NCBI GenBank assembly: GCA_963697135.1
Contig: CAVOMZ010000016.1
Coordinates: forward strand, 19,640-83,639
Source: an uncultured Chloroflexia bacterium
GTDB taxonomy: Bacteria > Chloroflexota > Limnocylindria > Limnocylindrales > CSP1-4
Direction of reading: 5' to 3'
Length of the DNA stretch: 64,000 nt
Numbering within the stretch: the stretch's first letter is position 1; every line of letters begins with the position of its first letter. The translations under genes and the position numbers were made by a program. Under the pieces are notes generated by a model. The model was not told the origin of the DNA. It saw only the letters and a list, made by a program, of their open reading frames with translations, and made no database searches. This document shows positions 17,714 to 25,150 of the stretch, piece by piece.

Positions 17714-18349
17714 ATGATCTACGAGATGCGCACCTACACCATCCAGCCGGCAAAGGTCCCGGCCTGGGAAGAGAACTTCATGGAGGCCTATAACAGCGGC
17801 CGCGCCAACTACTCCAAGTTGGGCGGACTCTGGCACACGGAGCTTGGCCCGCTGAACCAGGTGATCCACATCTGGCCCTACGAGAGCCTGCAGCACCGGG
17901 CCGACGTGCGTGCAAAGGCCTCCAAGGAGCTGGCCGGCAAGTGGCCGCCTTCGTTGTCCGCTACCCTCGTGACGGCGCAGGAGACCGACATCCTGGACCC
18001 GGTTAAGGGCATGAAGGATTGGGACGGCGAGCCGAAGGCATGGGGCGAGGTCTACGAGCTTCGCACTTACACCTACGCTCCCGGCGATGCCGCCAAGGCC
18101 GCGGCGGCCTTCGGTGAGGCGCTGGCGGGACGAGACGCTATCGCGCCGGTCGCGGGTATGTTCGTTACGGGCCAGGCAGGCAACCTCAATAAGCTGCAGC
18201 AGCTCTTCGCTTACAAGAGCTGGGACCATCGCGAAGAGGTCCGCGCCGAGTTCCGCAAGCAGGGCGTATGGCCACCCCACGCGGAAGTGCGCCCAATCAA
18301 CCAGCTCGTCCGCTTCCTGATCCCGGCTAAGGGTTCTCCCATCCACTAG
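17714..18349 (+). CDS. NIPSNAP family protein (two NIPSNAP domains)
   Basis: 211 aa. MIYEMRTYTI... and a second YELRTYTY... repeat, each followed by a HIW/WDHRE-type pattern. Confidence 0.8.
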   Translation: MIYEMRTYTIQPAKVPAWEENFMEAYNSGRANYSKLGGLWHTELGPLNQVIHIWPYESLQHRADVRAKASKELAGKWPPSLSATLVTAQETDILDPVKGMKDWDGEPKAWGEVYELRTYTYAPGDAAKAAAAFGEALAGRDAIAPVAGMFVTGQAGNLNKLQQLFAYKSWDHREEVRAEFRKQGVWPPHAEVRPINQLVRFLIPAKGSPIH

Positions 18350-18395
18350 GGCCGGATCGAACGCCAACGAGGCACGCCGAGTATCGACGAAGAGG

Positions 18396-18419
18396 AGGGT
18401 GCATCGAAAGATGCGCCCT
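18396..18419 (+). terminator. hairpin after the NIPSNAP gene
   Basis: AGGGTGCATC-gaaa-GATGCGCCCT: a 10-bp stem with one G:T pair and a GAAA loop, 47 nt after the stop, followed by TCTTGCGTCC. Confidence 0.4.
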
Positions 18420-18571
18420 TCTTGCGTCCTAGCGATGCTTCCGAAGCCCGGCCAAAAATGGAGCTGCAGGTCCTTCAGACCTGATCGGGCGGGGCGGAGG
18501 TGGAGGCGAGCGAAGGCCGTCTTCGCATCTCCGAGAGGTCTTACACCAACGATGTGCATCGGCCTAGACCG

Positions 18572-18692
18572 GTAGGAGCCCGTTCGAGAACGGCTCCGCG
18601 CTCATCGGCAGGCCCCTAGATGTGATGTCGCTGTCAGCCTGCATCCACCCCGGCCCCACCCCGATCAAGCCTAAAGGCATGCAGCTACATCG
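18572..18692. repeat. family G module (left copy)
   Basis: Starts with GTAGGAGCCCGTTCGAGAACGGCTCCGC (18572-18599), which is exactly the reverse complement of 20289-20316. The rest is homologous to the reverse complement of 20195-20288. Confidence 0.75.
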
Positions 18693-18784
18693 TTTTGGCG
18701 AGTCTCGGCGTTGGCCGGCCAGATCGTCTCCGTTGCTTCGACCGAGCGATTGACGCGTGACCGGAGGCCGCTCGGAGGTCGGAG

Positions 18785-19990
18785 CTAGATGGAGCTGTTG
18801 ATCTCCCACTTGACGCCGTCTAGCTGCTGCTCGCGCCATTTCTGGTGCTGCCGGGTGGCGGTCCTGGAACTCGGGCATGACTTCCTTGGCGAACATCTCC
18901 AGCGTCTCCATGACGTGCTCGTGCTTGCGGTAGGGCATCTGCACGGAGAAGTTGATGATGTCCATGTGCGCCTCTTCGAAGCGGCGCAGGTTCTCGCGCA
19001 CGAAGTCCGGTGAGCCGATGAAGTTGCCGCGGCGGCCGGCCCGGAAGAGCGCCTTTTGGGTCTCGTCCTCCGGCTCTGCTTCGTCGACGCGGGCCTTTTC
19101 GGCGCCTTCCGGGCCGAAGCGCTCGACGAACTCGCGGTCGAGGTGGGTCGCGGCCGTGATGCGAGCTCGCCGTTGCTGCGGGCCAGCGAGTAGCCGAAGA
19201 ACTGGGCGCCGCGCATGCCGCGCGCGATCGCCTCTTCGTTGGTCGTCGCCATCATGAGGTTGCCGCCCGCAGCCAGCGCGGGGTTTATCGCCACGCCGAT
19301 GGGGCGGCGGCAGTTGCGGATCAGCTCGTAGTAGCGGTCGACGCGCTCGTCGGCCTCGTCCGGCGTCTCGAAGCCGACGCCGAGGGCGCCGATGCCGAGG
19401 CGAGCGCCGACCATGACGGTCTCGAGGCGGCTGGCGGCGACCCAGACGGGCGGATGCGGCTTCTGCAGCGGCTTGGGGATGATGTTGCGCTCCGGCATGC
19501 TGAAGTGGATGCCCTCGTAGCCGGGGTAGGGCGTCATGGTCATCATGCGCAGGCACTCGCGCGTCGCTTCTTCCCAGGCTTCTTTCTTGTCCTCGCGCTT
19601 CGTGCCGAAGCCGCCGATCTCGGTGATCGTGGCGCCTTCGCCGGTGCCGAACTCGACGCGGCCGTTGGAGACGAGGTCGAGCGAGGCGATGCGCTCGGCG
19701 ACGCGCGCCGGGTGGTTGTGCTTCGGCGGCATGTGGACGATGCCGTGGCCGAGGCGGATGTTCTTGGTGCGCTGGGAGGCGGCCGCGAGGAAGACCTCCG
19801 GCGCGGAGGAGGTGCTGTACTCCTCCAGGAAGTGGTGCTCGGTCTCCCAGACGTAGTCGAAGCCGAGCTTGTCGGCGAACTCGATCTGCTCCAGGGCTTC
19901 CTGCCAGACCTTGTGCTCATCGTCTTCGTCCCATTGTTCCTGGTCCAGGGGCCGGGCGACGTTGAGCTGGAACTGGATGCCGAACTTCAT
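18785..19990 (-). pseudogene. LLM-class flavin-dependent oxidoreductase, reading frame broken twice
   Basis: The N-terminal 270 aa (MKFGIQFQLN...AQFFGYSLA) are in the frame of ORF 18785..19990. The middle part (ITAATHLDREFVERF...EMFAKEVMPEFQDRHP) is in the frame of ORF 18564..19556. The tail (HQKWREQQLDGVKWEINSSI*) returns to the first frame. Shifts are near 19172 and 18853. Confidence 0.8.
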
Positions 19991-20085
19991 GTTTTCAAGT
20001 CCCTCTCGTGTGGGTAGGTTGTCCGGGCCGATTATAGGTTACAAAGCTTTGATGTCTAGCTAGTTAAGCTTGGGTGCCTGGCGAT

Positions 20086-20316
20086 GATGTAGCTGCAGAT
20101 CTTTCAGACCTGCCTGGGGCGAGGGAGGGTGGATGCGGGCTCGCAGCGGAATCCCATCTCTGGGATGAAGGCAGCGCGAGGACGATTGAGGAGCGATGTA
20201 GCTTGCAGGTTCTTCAGACCTGCTGGAGGTGGTGGATGCCGGCTTGCAGCAGAATCGCATCTCTGGGATTGTCGATGAGGGCTGATCTGCGGAGCCGTTC
20301 TCGAACGGGCTCCTAC
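20086..20316. repeat. family G modules (right copies, inverted relative to 18572-18692)
   Basis: Two direct units (about 20086-20170 and 20195-20275), each with a CAG(A/G)T(C/T)-loop-GACCTG hairpin, followed by the 28-nt block 20289-20316. A further inverted fragment lies at 20415-20440. Confidence 0.7.
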
Positions 20317-20537
20317 GAGGGGCGGGGTACGGGTGGTGCGCTCGTTGGTGGCGGCCGCTCTCGTCGATGTGACGACGCCGTTCGCTCGCACCCGCCCAGC
20401 CCTGCCCGAGCGGGTCTGAAGAACCTGCAGCTACGTGGTGCATTGTCGGATGCACGGGTGTTGGATGATTGCAAGACGTGACGACGTTGTTGGTTTGCAC
20501 CGACCCGTCCCCACCGCGGGCGCGATGATCGCGGCCC

Positions 20538-21032
20538 CTACGGTGACGTCCCTGCCTTCGGCTTTGTGAGACGCGGACCGAGGGTTAGCTCTTCGACCTG
20601 GATGCTGCCGTTGTCGATGCGGAGGATGGTGGCGGTCTGGAGCTTGTGGAAGCCCTGGCGGCCGGCGGCACCCGGGTTGAGGTAGAGGACGCCATCGCGC
20701 CACTGCGAGAGCTGACGATGGCTGTGGCCGAAAGCGACGACCCGGGTCTCGGGTGACGGCCGGGCATGGGGCAGCTCGTGGACCAGATGAATTGCGATGC
20801 TTTCGAGCTCGATGTCGAGGTGCGTCGGCAAGCCGAGGCCGCCCAGAGGTACGTCGTTGTTGCCCTGGACGGCGTAAAGCGGTGCGAGCTGTCGCAGGCC
20901 ATCGAGGACGGCATCGCTGCCAACGTCGCCGGCGTGGAGGATGACATCGACGCCTTCGAATGCGGTGAGGAGCCTCGGGTCGAGGTAGCCGTGGGTGTCA
21001 GAGACGACGCCGATGAGCATGAGTGGCCACAC
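20538..21032 (-). CDS. metallophosphoesterase (YfcE/MJ0936-like)
   Basis: Motifs GVVSDTHG, HAGD, GNND and GHSH are present. The start is either GTG 21032 or ATG 21020. Confidence 0.8.
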   Translation of the reverse strand: MWPLMLIGVVSDTHGYLDPRLLTAFEGVDVILHAGDVGSDAVLDGLRQLAPLYAVQGNNDVPLGGLGLPTHLDIELESIAIHLVHELPHARPSPETRVVAFGHSHRQLSQWRDGVLYLNPGAAGRQGFHKLQTATILRIDNGSIQVEELTLGPRLTKPKAGTSP

Positions 21033-21127
21033 CTCGCCTCTCAGGGATATCCCAGGCGTTGGATGTTGGCCACGGGATTAACACCGGATTATCACGGGAT
21101 TTGGATTGAGTTTTGATCCTAGTCTGC

Positions 21128-21567
21128 CATGAAAATGGATTTCTCCCATCGAAAAACAACGCGTGGAGAATGACGCCCGCTTTGCTGCACGGCGCTGTCG
21201 CGACGTTCCGCCCCCACCCCCTTAAATAAAACGGGATCTGAGGGCACATCCCTCAGACTCCTTGCCAGCTGGGCTGCGCCCCTCTGGACTCCCTGCCAGA
21301 GAATTTTCATCCGCTCACGGGTGTGGCGAAGCCTCATCCCTTCCTCCCATGAAAAATGGATTTCTCCCATCGAAAAACAACGCGTGGAGAATGACGCCCG
21401 CTTTGCTGCACGGCGCTGTCGCGACGCTCCGCCCCCACCCCCTTAAATAAAACGGGGTCTGAGGGCACATCCCTCAGACTCCTTGCCAGCTGGGCTGCGC
21501 CCCTCTGGACTCCCTGCCAGAGAATTGTCATCCGCTCACGGGTGTGGCGAAGCCTCATCCCTTCCTC
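21128..21567 (+). repeat. family A element array (2 head-to-tail units, period 220 bp, about 98% identical)
   Basis: Units start at 21128 and 21348 (CATGAAAA(A)TGGATTTCTCCC). Conserved hairpins at 21238-21256 and 21459-21477. Each unit ends ...GGTGTGGCGAAGCCTCATCCCTTCCTC. Confidence 0.9.
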
Positions 21568-21607
21568 AGAAGAATCTCGTGAAAATCGTGTGTTAATCCC
21601 GTGGCTA

Positions 21608-21937
21608 CTATCGGGCTGCAGCGTTGGGACCGACTCCGGGCGGGGCGGGACCCTCGAAGCGGCCGATGCCGAGGGCCTGCTGGACGTTCCACTCGTAGAT
21701 CTCGCTGACGTCGCGGAGGCCGGCTTTGACCCAGGGGTGCTCGGCGACGAGGGCTCTGGCGGCGTCCATGTTGGCTGCGCGGAGGACCCAGATGCCGACG
21801 CCCTGCTGGGTGGGGCCGCTGAACAGGACGTTGCCGTTGTCGTGGTTCTCTTTCATCCACGCGAGGTTCTGATTCTCGATACCTCGGATCGCCTCGCGCG
21901 GGCCGATTGACTTGCTCATGACTACAAACCAGGCCAT
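21608..21937 (-). CDS. YciI-like protein
   Basis: 109 aa. The size and pattern (GNVLFSGPT...GVGIWVLRAANMDAARALVAEHPW) resemble the YCII domain. Confidence 0.6.
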   Translation of the reverse strand: MAWFVVMSKSIGPREAIRGIENQNLAWMKENHDNGNVLFSGPTQQGVGIWVLRAANMDAARALVAEHPWVKAGLRDVSEIYEWNVQQALGIGRFEGPAPPGVGPNAAAR

Positions 21938-22019
21938 TCATTCCTCCTCATGCTGCGTTAAGGTGCTCCAGCCCACATTGCCAGATTTCGCTTCACATCG
22001 CTATCGTGCTGCTCCGCCC

Positions 22020-22105
22020 TCACTCCCGGTTTAAGAGAAGGAGTCTGAGGGCACATCCCTCAGACTCCTTGGCAGAGTGGGCCCAGCGGCCCCTCTGCAC
22101 TCCCT
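22020..22105 (+). repeat. family A fragment (5'-truncated)
   Basis: Contains GGAGTCTGAGGGCACATCCCTCAGACTCC (hairpin 22045-22063) and the downstream block ...GGCCCCTCTGCACTCCCTGC. The GCTGCRCGGCGCT core is missing. Confidence 0.7.
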
Positions 22106-22117
22106 GCTGGCTGGCCG

Positions 22118-22690
22118 CCAATGTGGCTGCATGCCCTTAGGGTTGCGCGGGGCTGGGTGGCGCGGATGCTGCCGGTGAGCCGAAGCGCATGTCGGGGTTG
22201 GGCAGTGCGGTGTCTTGCTGCAATGGCTTGAGTGGAGGAGGTACGTGGCGCCCTCACCCTGGCCCTCTCCCCTGAGGGGGCGAGGGGATCTGTGCGCCGG
22301 ATCTCGGTTGGAGAATAGGCCATCGCCAATTGACGCCCAACGTGGCTGCTTGCCTTTAGGCTTGCGCGGGGTTGGGGGCGCGGATGCGGCCGGTGAGCCG
22401 AAGCGCCTGTCGGGGTTGAGCAGTGCGGTGTCCGTAGATTCGGACGTGTGCCCTCACCCTGGCCCTCTCCCCTGAGGGGGCGAGGGGATTTGTGCGCCGG
22501 ATCTCGGTTGGAGAATAGGCTATCGCCAATTGACGCCCAACGTGGCTGCTGCCTTTAGGCTTGCGCGGGGTGGGTGGCGCGGATGCGGCCGGTGAGCCGA
22601 AGCGCCTGTCGGGGTTGGGCAGTGCGGTGTCCGTAGATTCGGACGTGTGCCCTCACCCTGGCCCTCTCCCCTGAGGGGCGAGGGGATCTG
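22118..22690 (+). repeat. family E tandem repeat (3 units of about 200 bp)
   Basis: Units begin at 22118, 22326 and 22526 (CCAAT(TGACGCCCAAC)GTGGCTGC...). Each contains a family D hairpin GCCCTCACCCTGGCCCTCTCCCCTGAGGGG(G)CGAGGGGA (22250-22288, 22450-22488, 22649-22686). Confidence 0.85.
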
Positions 22691-22891
22691 CTTGGGTGGC
22701 TGATGAGCGTTTGTTGGCGAAGAGCGCGGAGTTGGCTTGAAGAGCGGACTCCACCTGGCCGCCGACCGCTGGTTCCCCTTGTCGAGCCCTCTCCATTGCA
22801 ATAATGGAGAGGGTTGGGGTGAAGCAAGCCCCGACGCTTTCAGCCTTATCAACGCGTCCGTTGGAGCCGTTCCCGGACAGGCTCCTACGGC

Positions 22892-23257
22892 GGGACAAGC
22901 CAGGGGCCTTCGCGGAGATGTGACTACGATGGTCGGTTGCACCCACCCGGCCCCCTCGGGCGCGATGAATCGGGCCCCTACGGCGAGTTGTTGCACGCGA
23001 CGGAACTTTTGAATCGTGTGGCAGCCGGGATACCGTGGCCGTCGGGGAGATGTGACTACGATGGTCGGTTGCACCCACCCGGCCCCCTCGGGCGCGATGA
23101 ATCGGGCCCCTACGGCGAGTTGTTGCACGCGACGGAACTTCTGAATCGTGTGGCAGCCGGGACAAGCCAGGGGCCTTCGCGGAGATGTGACTACGATGGT
23201 CGGTTGCACCCACCCGGCCCCCTCGGGCGCGATGAATCGGGCCCCTACGGCGAGCTG
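22892..23257 (+). repeat. family F tandem repeat (3 units of about 132-135 bp) abutting the NHL gene stop
   Basis: GAGATGTGACTACGATGGTCGGTTGCACCCACCCGGCCCCCTCGGGCGCGATGAATCGGGCCCCTACGGCGAG starts at 22915, 23047 and 23182. Units 1 and 2 are followed by diverged copies of the last 13 codons of the NHL gene. Confidence 0.85.
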
Positions 23258-24253
23258 CTACACACGGCGGAACTTCTGGATGGTGTGGCAGCCGGGGCGG
23301 AAGATGCCGCCTTCGTAGGAGGTCTTGCTGACTTCGCCGACGTAGATGTCGCCCCGGCTATCGACCCAGATGCCGTGGGGTGACGTGAGGTTGCCGGCGA
23401 TGCAGGGGTCTTCTTTGGGCGGCGCGCCGAAGCGGGAGATCAGCTTGCCGTTCATGTCGCGAATAGTCATGTGGGCCGGCCGCTCGTCGGGCCAGGCAAA
23501 GCCGGCGATGGATACGAGGCCGGGCTGCCAGTACATCTGACCGATGAAGACTTTCTCATCCTTGTCGATGAACAAGTCGCCGGGGCGCTGGACGTTTTCC
23601 CAGCAGTCGAGGAACTGGCCTTCAGGTCCGAAGATCTGGATGCGGTCGTTCTCGCGGTCGCAGACGAAGACGCGGCCGTCCGTGTGCACCCAGACGCTGT
23701 GCGGCAGCATGAACTGGCCGTGCTCCTTGCCGGGGCCGCCCCAGGACTGGAGCAGCTCTCCCGAGGCGGAGAAGCGGTGGATACGAGCGTTGCCATAGCC
23801 GTCGGAGACGTAGCGCTCGCCGTTGGGGGCGACCGAGAGGCGCGTCGGGCGGTTGAAGGGCCCGGCGCCGCGCTCGATGGTTAGCAGGTTGGCGTGCTGG
23901 CGAGTGGCGCTGTAACCGGTGTCGGAGGGCAAGTTGGGTGTGCCGAGGGTCTCCAGAAGCTCGCCTTCGAGGGTGAATTTGCGCACCGTGTGGTCGCCGT
24001 CGTCGGCGAGATAGAGGATGTCGTTGTGGATGGTGATGCCGTGGGGGCGGGTGAAGACGCCTTCGCCCCAGGACTTGATGTAGCTGCCGTCGCGGTTATA
24101 GACGAGCAGCGGGTGTTCGCCGCGGTTGAAGACGTAGGCGCGGTCTTGCGAATCTGTCGCGACGCCGGCGACGTCGCCGTGGCTCCAGCCGTTGGGGATC
24201 TGCTCCCAGTCTGGTACAAGCTCGTATCGGAAGTTGCCCTGGCCTAGCGGCAT
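23258..24253 (-). CDS. NHL-repeat beta-propeller protein (peptidyl-alpha-hydroxyglycine lyase-like)
   Basis: 331 aa. Repeated NHL-type blades (...VCDRENDRIQIFGPEG..., ...HTIQKF...) with GD/DG-rich turns. Confidence 0.65.
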   Translation of the reverse strand: MPLGQGNFRYELVPDWEQIPNGWSHGDVAGVATDSQDRAYVFNRGEHPLLVYNRDGSYIKSWGEGVFTRPHGITIHNDILYLADDGDHTVRKFTLEGELLETLGTPNLPSDTGYSATRQHANLLTIERGAGPFNRPTRLSVAPNGERYVSDGYGNARIHRFSASGELLQSWGGPGKEHGQFMLPHSVWVHTDGRVFVCDRENDRIQIFGPEGQFLDCWENVQRPGDLFIDKDEKVFIGQMYWQPGLVSIAGFAWPDERPAHMTIRDMNGKLISRFGAPPKEDPCIAGNLTSPHGIWVDSRGDIYVGEVSKTSYEGGIFRPGCHTIQKFRRV

Positions 24254-24365
24254 TTGGTTGGCTCTCCTCTGCGCGGCGTTTGTCGGTGCTTGGCTCAGGG
24301 CGGAGTTTACTCGGTTGGGGGGCAGACGGGCAGATGTATGTAGGATTGAATGACGAGAAAGCGTA

Positions 24366-24724
24366 GCCTCACCCCAACGCCTCTCCGTGCGCGGAGAGGG
24401 GCTTTAGCGCGCTCGCTTCGCGAGCGGCGGCCTCGGCGATTGAAAGCTCCTCGGCTTCGAATGCGAATTCTCGTCCTTACAGGGCCGGGTTTCATCAATT
24501 CCCCGAAGCTTCGAAGGGTTCCGCGGCAACTTTGAGTGCAGCACTAACTGTGGATTGATGCAGGAGAATTTCGAAAAGCCGGGTGGCCACGTCAGCGGAT
24601 TGCAACCCCGGCCTGGAAAGACGGGCATGAGCAGTTCTTGGCGAAGCTGTTCGCTATAGTCCCGCTGCTCGCGAAGCTACGGCTCCAAAGCTCCTCTCCG
24701 CGCACGAAGGGGTTGGGATGAGGC
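24366..24724. repeat. pair of inverted family D hairpins flanking about 290 bp
   Basis: GCCTCACCCCAACGCCTCTCCGTGCGCGGAGAGGGGC (24366-24402) is an imperfect inverse of GCTCCTCTCCGCGCACGAAGGGGTTGGGATGAGGC (24690-24724). Confidence 0.55.
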
Positions 24725-24807
24725 AACACGCTTCCTGCCTCGATGCGCGTTCGCCGTGCCCGCCTGCCCTCACCGCCGCCTGTGTGTCCACGAGACTTGG
24801 TTGCGCT

Positions 24808-24853
24808 GGGACTAGATCTCTCGCCTCGGTTGGCGCCGATGGTCGAACGACAG
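24808..24853. repeat. family H element
   Basis: GGGACTAGATCTCTCGCCTCGGTTGGCGCCGATGGTCGAACGACAG. Homologous copies at 28935-28980, 46390-46435 and 57920-57970. Confidence 0.75.
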
Positions 24854-25097
24854 AAGAGTTGGCGGTAGCGGGAGCGAATCGAGGGCTCGATGCTGTTGTT
24901 CCCTCTCCCAGGCAGGGTGAGGGCGAAACCTTCGTCCACTGCCGATCAATGTGCGCAGAGAACACGGTCGTCTCTTCGTCGTCGCGTGCGCCTCCCGTCG
25001 TCGAGAGATGTGACTACGTCGGAAGCCTGCACCCGCCCCTACCCCATGGAAGCCTGAAGGCATCCCCTACAGATGGGTGCGTCTGCGACAGAACGAA

Positions 25098-25125
25098 GTA
25101 GCGGCCCAGCATGCTGGGCCGCTAC
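25098..25125. terminator. family J perfect 28-nt palindrome GTAGCGGCCCAGCATGCTGGGCCGCTAC downstream of the TPP enzyme gene
   Basis: The sequence is its own reverse complement. It sits 26 nt after the stop at 25151. On the minus strand it is followed by TTCGTTCTGTC. It differs from the 15441 copy by a paired T/A to G/C change. Confidence 0.5.
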
Positions 25126-25150
25126 TTATTCGGGCATCTTTGCCGACTGG

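Noticed and set aside
20060-20500. Possible genes in the 19991-20537 spacer (ORFs 20060..20500 and 20074..20481).
   Set aside because: The region is composed of family G repeat modules. The ORFs overlap each other on both strands, and their peptides (…GLKDLQL…) are repeat translations.
22700-22730. Hammerhead ribozyme core, because of CUGAUGAG at 22700-22707.
   Set aside because: The following sequence gives only a 2-bp stem II. It reads CGAAGAG instead of the required GAAA junction, and no matching stems I or III are present.
22118-23257. Possible CRISPR array, given regularly spaced repeats in a gene-free 1.3-kb region.
   Set aside because: The units are 130-200 bp long. The sequences between the hairpins are themselves repeated rather than unique spacers. 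There is no leader, and there are no cas genes in the window.
22892-23296. Diversity-generating retroelement (template/variable repeat) explanation for the diverged copies of the NHL gene tail. Also TAG readthrough that would extend the NHL protein into ORF 22520..23209.
   Set aside because: There is no reverse transcriptase nearby, and the differences are not adenine-specific. The in-frame extension consists of dispersed-repeat sequence typical of spurious high-GC ORFs, and nothing supports stop suppression.
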